Assembly (NCBI GenBank): GCA_038321985.1
Contig: JBBQFN010000001.1
Span: forward strand, 288,001-352,000
Source of the DNA: Cyanophyceae cyanobacterium
GTDB taxonomy: Bacteria; Cyanobacteriota; Cyanobacteriia; Cyanobacteriales; Laspinemataceae
Direction of reading: 5' to 3'
Length of the DNA stretch: 64,000 bases
The position numbers were made by a program, and so were the translations under genes. The notes under the pieces were generated by a model. It was not told the origin of the DNA, did no database searches, and worked only from the letters and a program-made list of their open reading frames with translations. Shown here one piece after another: positions 10,197-21,033 of the stretch (position 1 is the first letter of the stretch; each line of letters opens with the position of its first letter).

Positions 10197-10425
10197 CATC
10201 TTTCCCTTCTCTAAGCTGACGAATCAATTCGGTATCATCCGGTTGGGGCGGTAGTTCTTTGTTAAGGGCTAGAATTTTTTGATTGGCGGCTAATCCTTTC
10301 CGGCGTCGCACTTCCCGATCCAATGCGAGGATGACGACATCATTTAAAGTTTCATCGGGACTACTCAGGCGTTGGGCGTTTCCGAGGAGTTTTTGGGGAA
10401 TATTAAGGGTTACAGACTCTTCCAT
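10189..10425 (-). CDS. Putative VapB-like ribbon-helix-helix antitoxin
   Basis: 78 aa; VTLNIP strand, LNDVVILALDREVRRR helix and a DDTELIRQLRE tail typical of VapB; coupled to the PIN stub. Confidence 0.7.
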   Translation of the reverse strand: MEESVTLNIPQKLLGNAQRLSSPDETLNDVVILALDREVRRRKGLAANQKILALNKELPPQPDDTELIRQLREGKDDE

Positions 10426-10733
10426 CGCTAATCACCAATTAGGATAACTCTAAAATACCACAATTTGAAGTTGATTAGTTGCCGATCGCCCCACCTTATC
10501 AATCTAGGATTTCCAGTTAAGTAGCGGCGAGAAACCGGGTTTTTTGCCCCTAACTCTGATAAGTTATCGAAACTTTTTGCTAGAAACTTGTTTTTTTGTG
10601 CCTTTACCAATAATATTCTGGGTTCCGTAGGCGATCGCCACCCTAATCGACTATAACTAAATAATTGATCGCCGTAGAGAGTTTATCCTAGCTACGGTAC
10701 TGGTTAATTTACTGTATCGCATGGCACCGATGT

Positions 10734-11327
10734 ATGGCTACAGAGTCGTTTGAGAAAAATAGTATGGGTTGGCAGATCCAACTCATTCTCCAAAACATAT
10801 CCGAGTGGTGGGAACTACAAACCGCTAAGATTGAACTTCCGGAATTTCCAGCGGCGGAAATTCCAGGTTTGGATCAACTGGTAAGGTTTGTAGGATGGGC
10901 GATCGCCTTGTTACTGTTATCCTGGTTCCTATGGCGTCTTTCTGATATTTTAGGACCTTATATTTATAGGGCATTCAATCCCGTAACTCCTGGTAAGAGG
11001 AAAGAAACTCCTCTGATAAAAAATTTATCGGTTGAAAGGTGGTTGAAGCGATCGCGCCAACTTCAAAGTCGCGGCCATTACGGCGAAGCCTGTCGCTGTT
11101 TATATATGGCAATGCTACAGCGTTTGAATGATAAAAGTATTATTCCTCACCAACCCCATCTCACTGACCGCGAATATCAGACATTACTCCAGCAAGAAAT
11201 GTCCATTAATGCTTATCAAAAGCTGCTACAAACTCACGAACAATTTTACTTTGATAATCGGGATATTACTTCAGATATGTTAAGTGAATGCCAGAAAGCA
11301 TATCGAGAAATTGAGAGGAAATCATGA
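10734..11327 (+). CDS. DUF4129 domain membrane protein
   Basis: One TM helix, then GHYGEACRCLYMAML...TDREY; first gene of the MoxR cluster. Confidence 0.85.
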   Translation: MATESFEKNSMGWQIQLILQNISEWWELQTAKIELPEFPAAEIPGLDQLVRFVGWAIALLLLSWFLWRLSDILGPYIYRAFNPVTPGKRKETPLIKNLSVERWLKRSRQLQSRGHYGEACRCLYMAMLQRLNDKSIIPHQPHLTDREYQTLLQQEMSINAYQKLLQTHEQFYFDNRDITSDMLSECQKAYREIERKS

Positions 11328-12451
11328 TTTTTTCTAAGCGTAAGTTAGGGATATTTGCGGCCCTGGTGATCGGGGCGATCGCCCTCCTTACTTTGGTAAT
11401 GGCACCGGCTACCAGTGGGAAAATTAATAGCGGGTCAACTTACCGACTGGCTGCCGATGGATATGGCGCATGGTACGCTTATATGCAAGCCCGAGAAGCC
11501 CCTATTCAACGGTGGGAAAAACCCGGCATTGAATTAATCGAAAGCGAAGAAATTGATACTCCCGTTACGTTCCTTCAAGTGGACAGTCAGTTTACCCGTG
11601 GAGGGCAAGGGAGACTCGATGCAACTTTTCTTTCAGAATCAGAAAAAAGCTGGATAAGAAAAGGCAACAATTTAGTTATTTTAGGGGTGAAAAATCCGGT
11701 TACCGAAGCTCAATTTAGCAGCCTTCAAAAAAGCTCTTTTGGTCCAATAAAAATTGATACCCGGAGACGACGCCGTAACCCGAACGAAATTTTATTAGGG
11801 GATGAATTCGGGGGGATTGTTTGGCAGGAAAATATCGGACAAGGAAAAGCGATTTATGCCACTACTCCCTATTTAGCTGCTAATGCTTATCAAAATGTAC
11901 CGGGAAACTATGAATTTTTAGCGAGTTTGGTGACTGAAGGCAGTCGCCCAATCTGGGTTGATGAATATTCCCACGGCTATAAAGATAGGGAAGTAATCGA
12001 ACGCGAACAAAGACAGACTTTAGCCCATTATTTCTTTCAGACTCCCTTATTCCCTGTATTTGTCCAGTTTATAGTTTTAATCGGTGTCTTAATTTTGGCA
12101 AAAAATTGGCGATTTGGGCAACCGGATCGAGTATCTTCACCAGGGGTAGAAAATAGCCAAGCTTATATCCAGGCATTAGGAGGAGTCTTGCAAAAAGCAG
12201 GCCGTCATGATTTTATAGTAGAGGTGGTGGGGAAAGAAGAACAATTGCAACTGCAAAAAGCATTAGGATTGGGTCAAGTTCCCCTGGATTATGAAACCTT
12301 AGCGCAAGCTTGGGCCGAAAAAACCGGGCGTCCGCAAACGGAATTAATGCACCAGTTGCAAGTTCTTTCTAAAACTCGTCGCCTTCGAGAGTTAGACTTG
12401 CTACGCTGGGTGAAAAAATGGGCGGCAATTCGTCGGGGTATTTCATTTTAA
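11324..12451 (+). CDS. DUF4350 domain protein
   Basis: N-terminal anchor, STY...DGYGAWY, DEYSHG, second TM and RFG; 4 nt overlap with the upstream gene. Confidence 0.85.
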   Translation: MIFSKRKLGIFAALVIGAIALLTLVMAPATSGKINSGSTYRLAADGYGAWYAYMQAREAPIQRWEKPGIELIESEEIDTPVTFLQVDSQFTRGGQGRLDATFLSESEKSWIRKGNNLVILGVKNPVTEAQFSSLQKSSFGPIKIDTRRRRRNPNEILLGDEFGGIVWQENIGQGKAIYATTPYLAANAYQNVPGNYEFLASLVTEGSRPIWVDEYSHGYKDREVIEREQRQTLAHYFFQTPLFPVFVQFIVLIGVLILAKNWRFGQPDRVSSPGVENSQAYIQALGGVLQKAGRHDFIVEVVGKEEQLQLQKALGLGQVPLDYETLAQAWAEKTGRPQTELMHQLQVLSKTRRLRELDLLRWVKKWAAIRRGISF

Positions 12452-12469
12452 GGGTTAGGTATTCAAAAC

Positions 12470-13420
12470 ATGAGTGAAACAAGGGTAATTTTAACCCGCT
12501 TGGGTCAAGCATTAGACAAAATTGTGGTCGGGCAAGCGGTGGTGGTCCAGCAATTGCTGGTGGCCTTGTTAGCCGGGGGTCATGTCATTATTGAAGGGGT
12601 ACCCGGCACGGGAAAAACGTTATTAGTGAAGGTGTTAGCCCAGTTAATTCAAGCGGATTTCCGCCGAATTCAACTAACACCGGATATCTTGCCTTCAGAT
12701 ATCGTAGGAACTAATATTTTTGACATGAATACTAGCAGTTTTACCCTAAAGCGAGGGCCTGTTTTTACAGAAATTTTACTGGCGGATGAAATTAACAGAA
12801 CTCCCCCTAAAACTCAATCGGCACTGTTAGAAGCGATGGAAGAACAACAGGTCACGTTAGATGGAGAAAGTTTACAGTTACCGGACCTATTCTGGACGAT
12901 CGCCACTCAAAACCCCTTGGAATTTGAAGCCACTTATCCCCTGCCAGAAGCGCAACTTGATCGCTTTTTATTTAAACTGGTGGTAGATTATCCCGACCCG
13001 GCAGCAGAAAAGCAAATGTTGCTCAATTCTCAGGCCGGATTTCAAGCAAAACGCCTAGAATTGTCAAAAATAAAACCCTTAGCAACGGTGCAGGAAATTC
13101 TTAATGCCCGAGAGCAAGTTAAGGGAGTTAAAGTAGCTGAAAATATAATAGATTATGTGTTAGCTTTGGTCCAGCGATCGCGAAAATTACCGGATTTAGC
13201 ATTAGGTGCATCCCCGCGATCGGCAGTCGCTTGGTTGCAAACCAGTAAAGCACAGGCTTGGTTAAATGAGCGTGATTATGTTACCCCCGATGATGTAAAA
13301 GCGGTAGCCTTTCCCTTACTGCGCCATCGGTTTATTCTCAAACCGGAAGCTCTTCTCGATAGCGTACAAATTGAGAGTGTGGTTACTTCTCTTCTCCAAC
13401 AAGTTGCGGTTCCCAGGTAA
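12470..13420 (+). CDS. MoxR family AAA+ ATPase
   Basis: GVPGTGKT Walker A, RIQLTPDILPSDIVG, LLADEINR Walker B, ATQNPLE, LPEAQLDRF, GASPR. Confidence 0.95.
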   Translation: MSETRVILTRLGQALDKIVVGQAVVVQQLLVALLAGGHVIIEGVPGTGKTLLVKVLAQLIQADFRRIQLTPDILPSDIVGTNIFDMNTSSFTLKRGPVFTEILLADEINRTPPKTQSALLEAMEEQQVTLDGESLQLPDLFWTIATQNPLEFEATYPLPEAQLDRFLFKLVVDYPDPAAEKQMLLNSQAGFQAKRLELSKIKPLATVQEILNAREQVKGVKVAENIIDYVLALVQRSRKLPDLALGASPRSAVAWLQTSKAQAWLNERDYVTPDDVKAVAFPLLRHRFILKPEALLDSVQIESVVTSLLQQVAVPR

Positions 13421-13558
13421 GGGGTTGGGAATAATAAAGTGTGAGGGAGGAAGGATTAACTTTTCCCCTAGATGCCTTCATCTTTTCCGGTTTTATTATT
13501 TCCCTTCTTCTTATTTAAGATAAATGACCACTAATTCAAAACAAAAGATAGGTTTTTC

Positions 13559-14869
13559 ATGATTCCATCTAAATTGTTGTATTTATTATTAGGACTAGGA
13601 ATAATAATCGCTCTAGTGATAGCGATTTTATGGAATCCTAAAGCAAGTATTGTAATAACATTACTATTTGATTTAATAATTTTAGGAGTGGCTTTTATTG
13701 ATAGTCAGCGGGGGCGACAATATCGGGTTGAGGTGACGCGCGATCCTCTCGGGAAATTATCAATTGGACGGGACAATCCGGTAGTGCTTTCTGTACAGTC
13801 GCGACAAAAATCGGCTGTGATTATGATTGGAGACTGCTATCCTACAGCATTTGAAGTGTCTGCGCCGCACTTGCAAACCACCGTAGCAGCGAATACTACC
13901 CAAGAACTCACTTATACCGTCAAACCTAGCAAGCGGGGGGAGTACGAGTGGGGGAATATACAAGTGCGGCAGTTGAGTCCCTGGGGTTTGGCGTGGTTGG
14001 ATTGGACCATTCCGGCATCGGTGAAAGTGCCAGTTTACCCCGATTTAGTGGGATTGCGATCGCTGACGATTCGTCTGGCGTTACAGTCTACGGGTACCAT
14101 GCGGCAACGGATGCGCCGCCTCGGGAATGGCACAGAATTTGCTGAATTGCGGGAATATAGCATAGGAGATGATACACGCCTAATTGATTGGAAAGCCACG
14201 GCGCGTCGTCATCGCCCTCTAGTGCGAGTGTTAGAACCGGAACGAGAGCAAACTCTGTTGATTTTACTCGATCGCGGGCGGTTGATGACAGCACAGGTGC
14301 AGGGGATGCAGCGTTTTGACTGGGGGTTGAATGCCACTTTATCTTTAGTGTTAGCGGGGTTAAATCGAGGCGATCGCGTCGGGGTTGCCGTCTTTGATCG
14401 AGACATTCATACTTGGATTCCCCCCGCACAAGGTTCACGTCAAATGCCTCACTTAATTGAACGTCTCACTCCTATTCAACCGGCGTTACTCGAACCTGAC
14501 TATATGGGTGCCGTCACCCGAGTGGTGTCCCAGCAAACCCGCAGGGCGTTGGTTGTAGTGATTACGGATATTGTAGATGCCACGGCATCCTCGGAACTTC
14601 TCGGGGCTTTGCAACACCTCACCCCGCGTTACTTACCCTTTTGTGTCACTCTACGCGATCCTCAAGTAGACCAAATTGCTCACACTTCCACGGCAGAACT
14701 TGACACAACCTATTCCCGTGCAGTAGCCTTAAATTTATTATCTCACCGTCAATTGGTTTTTGCCAATTTAAAGCAAAAAGGCGTTTTAGTTTTAGATGCC
14801 CCAGCCCATTTAATTAGCGATCAATTGGTTGACCGCTATCTGCAACTTAAAGCAAGAAACTTATTATAA
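13559..14869 (+). CDS. DUF58 protein with a vWA-like domain
   Basis: EFAELREYSIGDDTRLIDWKATARR; LLDRGRLM; VVITD; two N-terminal TM helices. Confidence 0.92.
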   Translation: MIPSKLLYLLLGLGIIIALVIAILWNPKASIVITLLFDLIILGVAFIDSQRGRQYRVEVTRDPLGKLSIGRDNPVVLSVQSRQKSAVIMIGDCYPTAFEVSAPHLQTTVAANTTQELTYTVKPSKRGEYEWGNIQVRQLSPWGLAWLDWTIPASVKVPVYPDLVGLRSLTIRLALQSTGTMRQRMRRLGNGTEFAELREYSIGDDTRLIDWKATARRHRPLVRVLEPEREQTLLILLDRGRLMTAQVQGMQRFDWGLNATLSLVLAGLNRGDRVGVAVFDRDIHTWIPPAQGSRQMPHLIERLTPIQPALLEPDYMGAVTRVVSQQTRRALVVVITDIVDATASSELLGALQHLTPRYLPFCVTLRDPQVDQIAHTSTAELDTTYSRAVALNLLSHRQLVFANLKQKGVLVLDAPAHLISDQLVDRYLQLKARNLL

Positions 14870-15033
14870 AAACTAGACTTGTTCTTTAAACTCTGCTCAT
14901 TAGGTTAATTAAAAGATAAATTTAAGTCTGGTTAATCAGTCCTAAATTTATCTTTTGAGCCTTGTCTAGATTCAGGGTCTGCTTTGGGAATAATAAAAAA
15001 AATGGAATCATGAGAAAATAATCGAGCGGAATA

Positions 15034-15993
15034 TCACGGAGTTGGTTTTTTGCGACTGCAATAGCGGATTAATAAAGCAAATAATCCTATCCCCGCTAAA
15101 TATTTGAGAGAATCGGGAATACCCGGATTGGGCGAGAAAAATCCTTCAATTAACCCAGCTATAATTAACATGGGTACGACCCCAAATATCAATTTGGCGG
15201 CTTGATATCCATAAAATTGTAAAGCATCAATGCGACGATATTTACCGGGAAATAGTAGCCCTCTGCCAATTAGCAAACCAGCAGCACCCGCAAAGAAGAT
15301 GGCGGGTAATTCAAGGGAACCGTGAGGCCAAACAAAGGCCCAAAAAGGATAGGATAAATTATATTGCTCAACCAGAGTGGCGATCGCCCCAATATGAATC
15401 CCATTATAAACTAAAATAAACAGGGTATAAACTCCCCCGGTAATCCCTCCCCCAACCGCACCAAAGGAAACCAGGAGATTATTAATCGTGATACTGCTAG
15501 AGGCAAGGGGCTCGATACCGACGATGGAACCCATCCACAATTCCCCTTTATCTCGGACCATTTCAATGATATGGGGAGGTACAACAACTGCCATAAATAC
15601 AGGGTCTTGCCACCCATACCACCATGCCACCAAAGCACCGACTGCAAAGGTGGCAGTCGCTACCGCAATATATCCCCAGGTTTCCTGGACGATTGCCGGG
15701 AAACCCCAGCGCAAAAACTCCACAACCGCCCCCCATTCCTGTCGGCGAGACCCTTGATAAATTTGGTTATAACTGCGCGAAGTCAACTGTTGCAAGTCCT
15801 GGATTAACGTCATCCCCAGATTGTGAGTTCTCGCCCTTGCCAGGTCCGCTGAAACGGAGCGATATAAGCTCGCCAGTTCTTCAATTTCTAGCGCTTGCAG
15901 AGATTTTAATCCTTTTTTTTCGATCTGTCTCAATAATGTATCTAGTCTCTGCCAATTGGGTTCCCGCCGCGCCATCCACCGTTGAACATTCAT
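15034..15993 (-). CDS. SpoIIM/DUF95 family membrane protein
   Basis: LASLYRSVSADLARAR, NN...NG, PHGSLELPAI, AGLIEGFFSP; start taken at MNVQRW. Confidence 0.9.
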   Translation of the reverse strand: MNVQRWMARREPNWQRLDTLLRQIEKKGLKSLQALEIEELASLYRSVSADLARARTHNLGMTLIQDLQQLTSRSYNQIYQGSRRQEWGAVVEFLRWGFPAIVQETWGYIAVATATFAVGALVAWWYGWQDPVFMAVVVPPHIIEMVRDKGELWMGSIVGIEPLASSSITINNLLVSFGAVGGGITGGVYTLFILVYNGIHIGAIATLVEQYNLSYPFWAFVWPHGSLELPAIFFAGAAGLLIGRGLLFPGKYRRIDALQFYGYQAAKLIFGVVPMLIIAGLIEGFFSPNPGIPDSLKYLAGIGLFALLIRYCSRKKPTP

Positions 15994-16402
15994 AATATTT
16001 TTCAAAATTCCCTAACTCTCTCTATCCAGTCTAAATCATTCCCGAACTCCGAGGGCCAACAATTTTTAAAACTGTAAACCTGTGTCCAGAAGCCTAATTT
16101 AAAATTTTGATTTTAGGGGGGTTGCGATCGCTTTTTTCGGTTATCTATTATACAAATCAAAATAACCCCTTAGAGCGCGTTCCAATTATCTTTCCCAGTT
16201 TAACCGGCGATCGCAACTATTCCCTCCCCACTATCCCAGTCGCTGGTACCCCGCTTCTATCTCGCCTCTAACCCTCATTCATGTGCTGGGTATCGCCAGA
16301 TCCAGCTTTGAAGGTTTATTCTAAACTTTTCCTATAGATTTTGCTGTTCTCGTCCCCGATAGCCTTAAACTAAATTCATCAATCCATTGGAGATCTGGAG
16401 TT

Positions 16403-17239
16403 ATGCCTCGAAATCTGAATTCAGATGCAAGGATAGGTCCCTTGAGTGTGGGAAATATCGTCAGTGGAAGCCTACGGCTGTATCGGGACCACTTTAAACA
16501 ATACTATACTTTAGCATTGCTCGGCTCTGTGTGGGTTGCGGTTCCAATTTATGGGTGGGCCAAATATGCGGCTATGCATGGATTAATTGCGCGTCTAGCC
16601 TTTAAAGAAGTGATCGAACGTCCCGAAACAGTGGAGGAGGCACGGCGTTACACTGAGCCTCGGCTGTGGAGTTTTTTAGGGGTGAGCTTGTTAGTGGGTC
16701 TAATCTCCTATGGCGTCATTTTATTAGGAGGGATAGCGGTTGGTATTGTCTTGGGAATCGCAGGCGCTATTTTGGGAGTAAATAATCCCCTATTAGCGAT
16801 TTTGCTTTCCGTGGTATTGGGGTTATTTTTAATCAGTTTATTGGTCTGGCTTTACGCCCGATTATCCATTGCAGAACTGCCGATCGCCCTAGAAAATAAT
16901 GTGGAAAATACTAAAGCCCTCAGTCGAAGCTGGAATTTAACGAAAGGATTCGTCATTCAGTTACTCGGTGTCTATCTAGTCGCCTCGCTAATTTCTGTGC
17001 CCATGGTGGTTGTGTTGCAGTTGTTAATGTTTATTATTCAAGGAATTTTGACTGCCTTCCTGGGAAACCTACCTAACGCGGAAGCGGTGCTGTTCTTGAT
17101 TTCCCTGGAATTAAGTATTATTGCAAGTTCAATTTTAATCCCTTTTTGGCAAGCGGTTAAAGCTCTTCTCTACTATGATATCCGCAGTCGGCGCGAAGGC
17201 ATGGATTTGGAGTTGGCAGATTCTCAGGATTGGAAATAA
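16403..17239 (+). CDS. Multi-TM protein, GDPD membrane-domain/DUF975-like
   Basis: PLSVGNIV, ALSRSWNLTKG and LLYYDIRSRREGMDL are typical of this cluster-associated family. Confidence 0.75.
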   Translation: MPRNLNSDARIGPLSVGNIVSGSLRLYRDHFKQYYTLALLGSVWVAVPIYGWAKYAAMHGLIARLAFKEVIERPETVEEARRYTEPRLWSFLGVSLLVGLISYGVILLGGIAVGIVLGIAGAILGVNNPLLAILLSVVLGLFLISLLVWLYARLSIAELPIALENNVENTKALSRSWNLTKGFVIQLLGVYLVASLISVPMVVVLQLLMFIIQGILTAFLGNLPNAEAVLFLISLELSIIASSILIPFWQAVKALLYYDIRSRREGMDLELADSQDWK

Positions 17240-17331
17240 AACTTGGGAGGTTCGCCCCATTTGAGGCGCAGTGGGGGAATTCTGAGTTTTATTAGGGATA
17301 AAATAGGCGCTTTCAAATCTAATCAACCCTC

Positions 17332-18144
17332 ATGAAATTATTTAATCAAATTCGACTCCAAACTCCAGAAAGTGTCGAACTGGAATTTACGTTAGCGGGA
17401 ATCGGTAACCGCGCCTACGCCCTAACCGTTGATTATTTGGTTTTGGCCTTAATTGAATTAGGCGTTTTATTGGGATGCTTTGCCGGATCGCTATGGTTAA
17501 GGGATATTATCCAAGATGCCTTCGGAACTGACCTTCGGGTGCAACAGTGGTTACTGGCGATTTTGCTGTTATCCATGTTTGCCATTTATATTGGGTATTT
17601 TATCTGGTTTGAAGTGTTTTGGCAGGGTCAAACCCCGGGGAAACGCCGGGTCAATATTCGAGTAATTCGCGATGATGGACGGCCTTGTGGTCTTCAACAA
17701 TCAACTCTCCGGGCGTTGTTGCGTCCCCTGGATGAAGTCCTTTTTATCGGCGCATTTTTGATTGCCTTAACTTCTCAGGAAAAGCGGTTAGGGGATTGGG
17801 TGGCGGGAACGGTAGTGATCCAAGAAAACCAGGCGATCGCCGAGTCCAATTTTACTCTCTCTGAAACTGCCCAATTGTTAAAAAATCAGTTAATAGAACT
17901 CGCTAACTTTTCAGGTTTACTGCCTGATGATTTTGCAATTATCCGCACCTATTTGCAACGCCGTAATCAGATGACAATGGAGGCCAGAACTAAAGTCAGC
18001 CGTCAGCTTGCCACTCAGGTTAAACAAATGATTGCCCTGGAAAGTTTACCACAAAAGGTCACGGCAGAGGAGTTTTTAGAGGCGGTTTATTTGGCCTATC
18101 AACATGAGCGATCGCCGAGTTCAAATCCTGATAATTTACCCTAA
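17332..18144 (+). CDS. RDD family membrane protein
   Basis: TPESVELEFTLAGIGNRAYA, GQTPGKR, KRLGDWVAGT. Confidence 0.92.
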   Translation: MKLFNQIRLQTPESVELEFTLAGIGNRAYALTVDYLVLALIELGVLLGCFAGSLWLRDIIQDAFGTDLRVQQWLLAILLLSMFAIYIGYFIWFEVFWQGQTPGKRRVNIRVIRDDGRPCGLQQSTLRALLRPLDEVLFIGAFLIALTSQEKRLGDWVAGTVVIQENQAIAESNFTLSETAQLLKNQLIELANFSGLLPDDFAIIRTYLQRRNQMTMEARTKVSRQLATQVKQMIALESLPQKVTAEEFLEAVYLAYQHERSPSSNPDNLP

Positions 18145-18168
18145 ATTATCTCAACAGAGCGTTAATCT

Positions 18169-21033
18169 TTACCAATTGGTAGCTAACTTCCCCTCCTGAG
18201 TGAGCAATTGAGAAGCCATTTCGCTATTAACGGGGGGTGAGAACAGATACCCTTGAGCCATCGCACATCCAAGTTGTTGGAGTTTCTCTAACTGGGCGGA
18301 TGTTTCCACTCCCTCGGCAATGACTTCCATGCCTAAATCATGAGCTAAACTGACAATAGTCATCACAATTTCAGAATTTTCTCCCTCTACCCCGATCCGA
18401 TTCACAAAAGAGCGATCAATTTTTAACGTATCCAGGGGAAATCGATGTAAGTAGCTTAATGAAGAATACCCGGTGCCAAAATCATCCATGCACAGGTTTA
18501 TTTTTCTTTCTTTAAGCTGCAACAGCATTTCCGTGGCTAACTCGGGATTATCTACGATCGCGCTTTCGGTAATTTCCAGCTTTAACATACTGCCATCCAG
18601 ACCCGTTTCAGCCAAAATCCGGTCCACTTGTGCGATCAGATCCACTCGGGAAAATTGCCGTCCTGATAAGTTAACGGCAACGGTTAAGGGTAAGGCGTGG
18701 GGAAATCGCTCTTGCCAAATTCGCAACTGTTGGCAAGCCTCACGGAGTACCCACTGACCCAGGGGTACAATTAGGCCAGTTTCCTCGGCGATCGAGATAA
18801 ACTCACTGGGAGGAACAAACCCCAGTTCGGGATGTTCCCACCGCAATAGCGCCTCAAACCCTTCAATTCGGCCCGTTTTTAGGCAAACAATCGGCTGATA
18901 GTGCAAGGTAAAGGCGGAGGGTTTTTTGACCGGGTGAAAGGGCATAGATGACGTTGAAATCGCCATTTCTGCTCCGTTTTCGTTACTTTCTGAATCGGTA
19001 GAGGAAGGGAGGAAAAACCGGGGTTGGGGCAGTCGCTTTTCTCCTTCGGAAATGGCGCGGCGCAGGTCATTTTCTAACTTGAGGAGGCGGACTACGCGAT
19101 CATGCATCGCGGTATCGAAAACCTCGTGGCGAGAGCGTCCCAAGGCTTTGGCACGATACATGACGATATCCGCATCTCGTAAAAGGTCCTCGGGGCGCTC
19201 GTACCCCCGGGAACTGAGGGCAATCCCGATACTAACGCTTGAAAACACTTCTTGTCCTTCGATCGCAAAGGGACGGGTTAAGCAAGCGTGAATCCGTTCT
19301 GCTACGCGTTTTGCGGTGCGTAAGGCACGGATATCTTTAAGGATAATGGCAAATTCATCCCCTCCTAGGCGGGCGATCGCGTGTTCGTTACGCCGGAAAC
19401 TATGGGGACGCACGGCCAGGGTCTTGCGAAGTCGTTCGGCTATCTCAATTAATAGGCGATCGCCAACCCCATGTCCCAAACTATCATTAATCACTTTAAA
19501 GCGATCGAGATCCAAAAATAGAACTGCAAATAAATAGTTAGGATTTTGTTTACCTCGCTCCCATTCCTGACGGAGTTCTTGCATAAATAACGTCCGGTTG
19601 GGGAGTTCAGTTAAAGCATCATGGAAGGCATTATGCCGCAATTTTTCCTCAATTTCTGCTTTTTCGGAAATTTCCGCTCGCAGTCGATCATTGGCTGCTT
19701 TTAATTTAGCTGTGCGTTCCTCAACGATCGCCTCTAACTGAGTATTTAAAGTAGCCAGTTTAGTCTCAGCTTGATGGCGGGCGATCGCCCCGCCAATACT
19801 TCCGGCTGATGCCTTCAAAATCGATTCTTCGGTTTCGGACCATTGCCGTTGATGATGGCAATCGTTAAATCCGATGAACCCCCAACACCGCCCTTCGATG
19901 GCGATCGGCATGACTAAAATGGATTGAATTCCTTGCGCCTCCAGAATTTCCCGTTCGCTGTCCCTGAATTCAGCCACAATTCCCCCGATCGCGTTTCCTG
20001 CGCTGAGGGTCTCGTACCACCCCGGCAAATTATCTTCATAAGAAAGGATTTGGAATGCAGGGTTTTCCTTCGAGGAAGCCACTCCTTTTTTTACCCATTC
20101 CCAGCACATCCTCATCAGATGTTCTTCCGTCAGACTTTGGTAATTTTCCACCAGGTAGGCGCGATCCACCCCTGCGGCACTTCCTAATGCAGCCAATGCT
20201 TTGGTGATCGCTTCGGATAAATTCGGGGCTGTTAACAGCGCATGGGTTGCTAAGGCTACCCCTTCTAAGAGGCGATCGCGCTGTTCGAGTTGGACTGCTG
20301 CTTCCTTCAGTTCCGTGATATCTTTTTCATTAACCAGAACCGCTTGATCCCCAGTCACCGGATCCTTGGCATTGCGGATCTCCACCGCGTGCCATCGCAC
20401 CCCCTGCAACGTGTGCACCTGGGTTTCGTGGTAAAAAACATTCCCCGCATCAATGCAGGCTCGCGCTCGTTCGGCGTCTGTGCTATTTACAAATCGCTTC
20501 CTCCAGGCGTTTTTGCACAGATTTTCTCCCTTTTTGTCCTCCCCATAACACCGGGTTGCTACAGGGTTCTGCATCACCATTGTGCCGTCTGCTTTGTACA
20601 AGGAAATCATCACCGTTGCCTGGCGCAGCACTTCATTGGATCGCCACATTTCCCAGTCATGGCGTTTCATCACCTCCGTCATGCCCTCTACCAAGACCCC
20701 CATTCGTCCGGATTCAATCCGAATTCCCGAACAGGCACAGCGAATGGATATGGGTTCACCATCCGCTTTAAAGGTCCATTGTTTCACGACCGTTGTACCC
20801 TGCTGCAATTGTTCTAGATCAATTTGGATCCCGCTGGAGTTGTCATCGAAGGGGTTGCTCCAATTTTCGCCGGGCAGTTGCCCTATGCTCTTTACCTGCC
20901 ACAGATCTAGGGCCGTAGCGTTTGCCCACCATATCTGCTTTTGGTCAAAATCCCAAATCCAAATGGGGGAAACCAACAGATCCAACGACGCTAGTTCTTG
21001 GCGATTGAGTATTGAATCGCTGAGTTGTGCCAT
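18169..21033 (-). CDS. PAS-PAS-GAF-GGDEF-EAL c-di-GMP cyclase/phosphodiesterase
   Basis: HDALTELPNR, DLDRFKVINDSLGH, RLGGDEF, FEALLRW, DDFGTGYSS, AEGVE, QGY. Confidence 0.93.
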   Translation of the reverse strand: MAQLSDSILNRQELASLDLLVSPIWIWDFDQKQIWWANATALDLWQVKSIGQLPGENWSNPFDDNSSGIQIDLEQLQQGTTVVKQWTFKADGEPISIRCACSGIRIESGRMGVLVEGMTEVMKRHDWEMWRSNEVLRQATVMISLYKADGTMVMQNPVATRCYGEDKKGENLCKNAWRKRFVNSTDAERARACIDAGNVFYHETQVHTLQGVRWHAVEIRNAKDPVTGDQAVLVNEKDITELKEAAVQLEQRDRLLEGVALATHALLTAPNLSEAITKALAALGSAAGVDRAYLVENYQSLTEEHLMRMCWEWVKKGVASSKENPAFQILSYEDNLPGWYETLSAGNAIGGIVAEFRDSEREILEAQGIQSILVMPIAIEGRCWGFIGFNDCHHQRQWSETEESILKASAGSIGGAIARHQAETKLATLNTQLEAIVEERTAKLKAANDRLRAEISEKAEIEEKLRHNAFHDALTELPNRTLFMQELRQEWERGKQNPNYLFAVLFLDLDRFKVINDSLGHGVGDRLLIEIAERLRKTLAVRPHSFRRNEHAIARLGGDEFAIILKDIRALRTAKRVAERIHACLTRPFAIEGQEVFSSVSIGIALSSRGYERPEDLLRDADIVMYRAKALGRSRHEVFDTAMHDRVVRLLKLENDLRRAISEGEKRLPQPRFFLPSSTDSESNENGAEMAISTSSMPFHPVKKPSAFTLHYQPIVCLKTGRIEGFEALLRWEHPELGFVPPSEFISIAEETGLIVPLGQWVLREACQQLRIWQERFPHALPLTVAVNLSGRQFSRVDLIAQVDRILAETGLDGSMLKLEITESAIVDNPELATEMLLQLKERKINLCMDDFGTGYSSLSYLHRFPLDTLKIDRSFVNRIGVEGENSEIVMTIVSLAHDLGMEVIAEGVETSAQLEKLQQLGCAMAQGYLFSPPVNSEMASQLLTQEGKLATNW

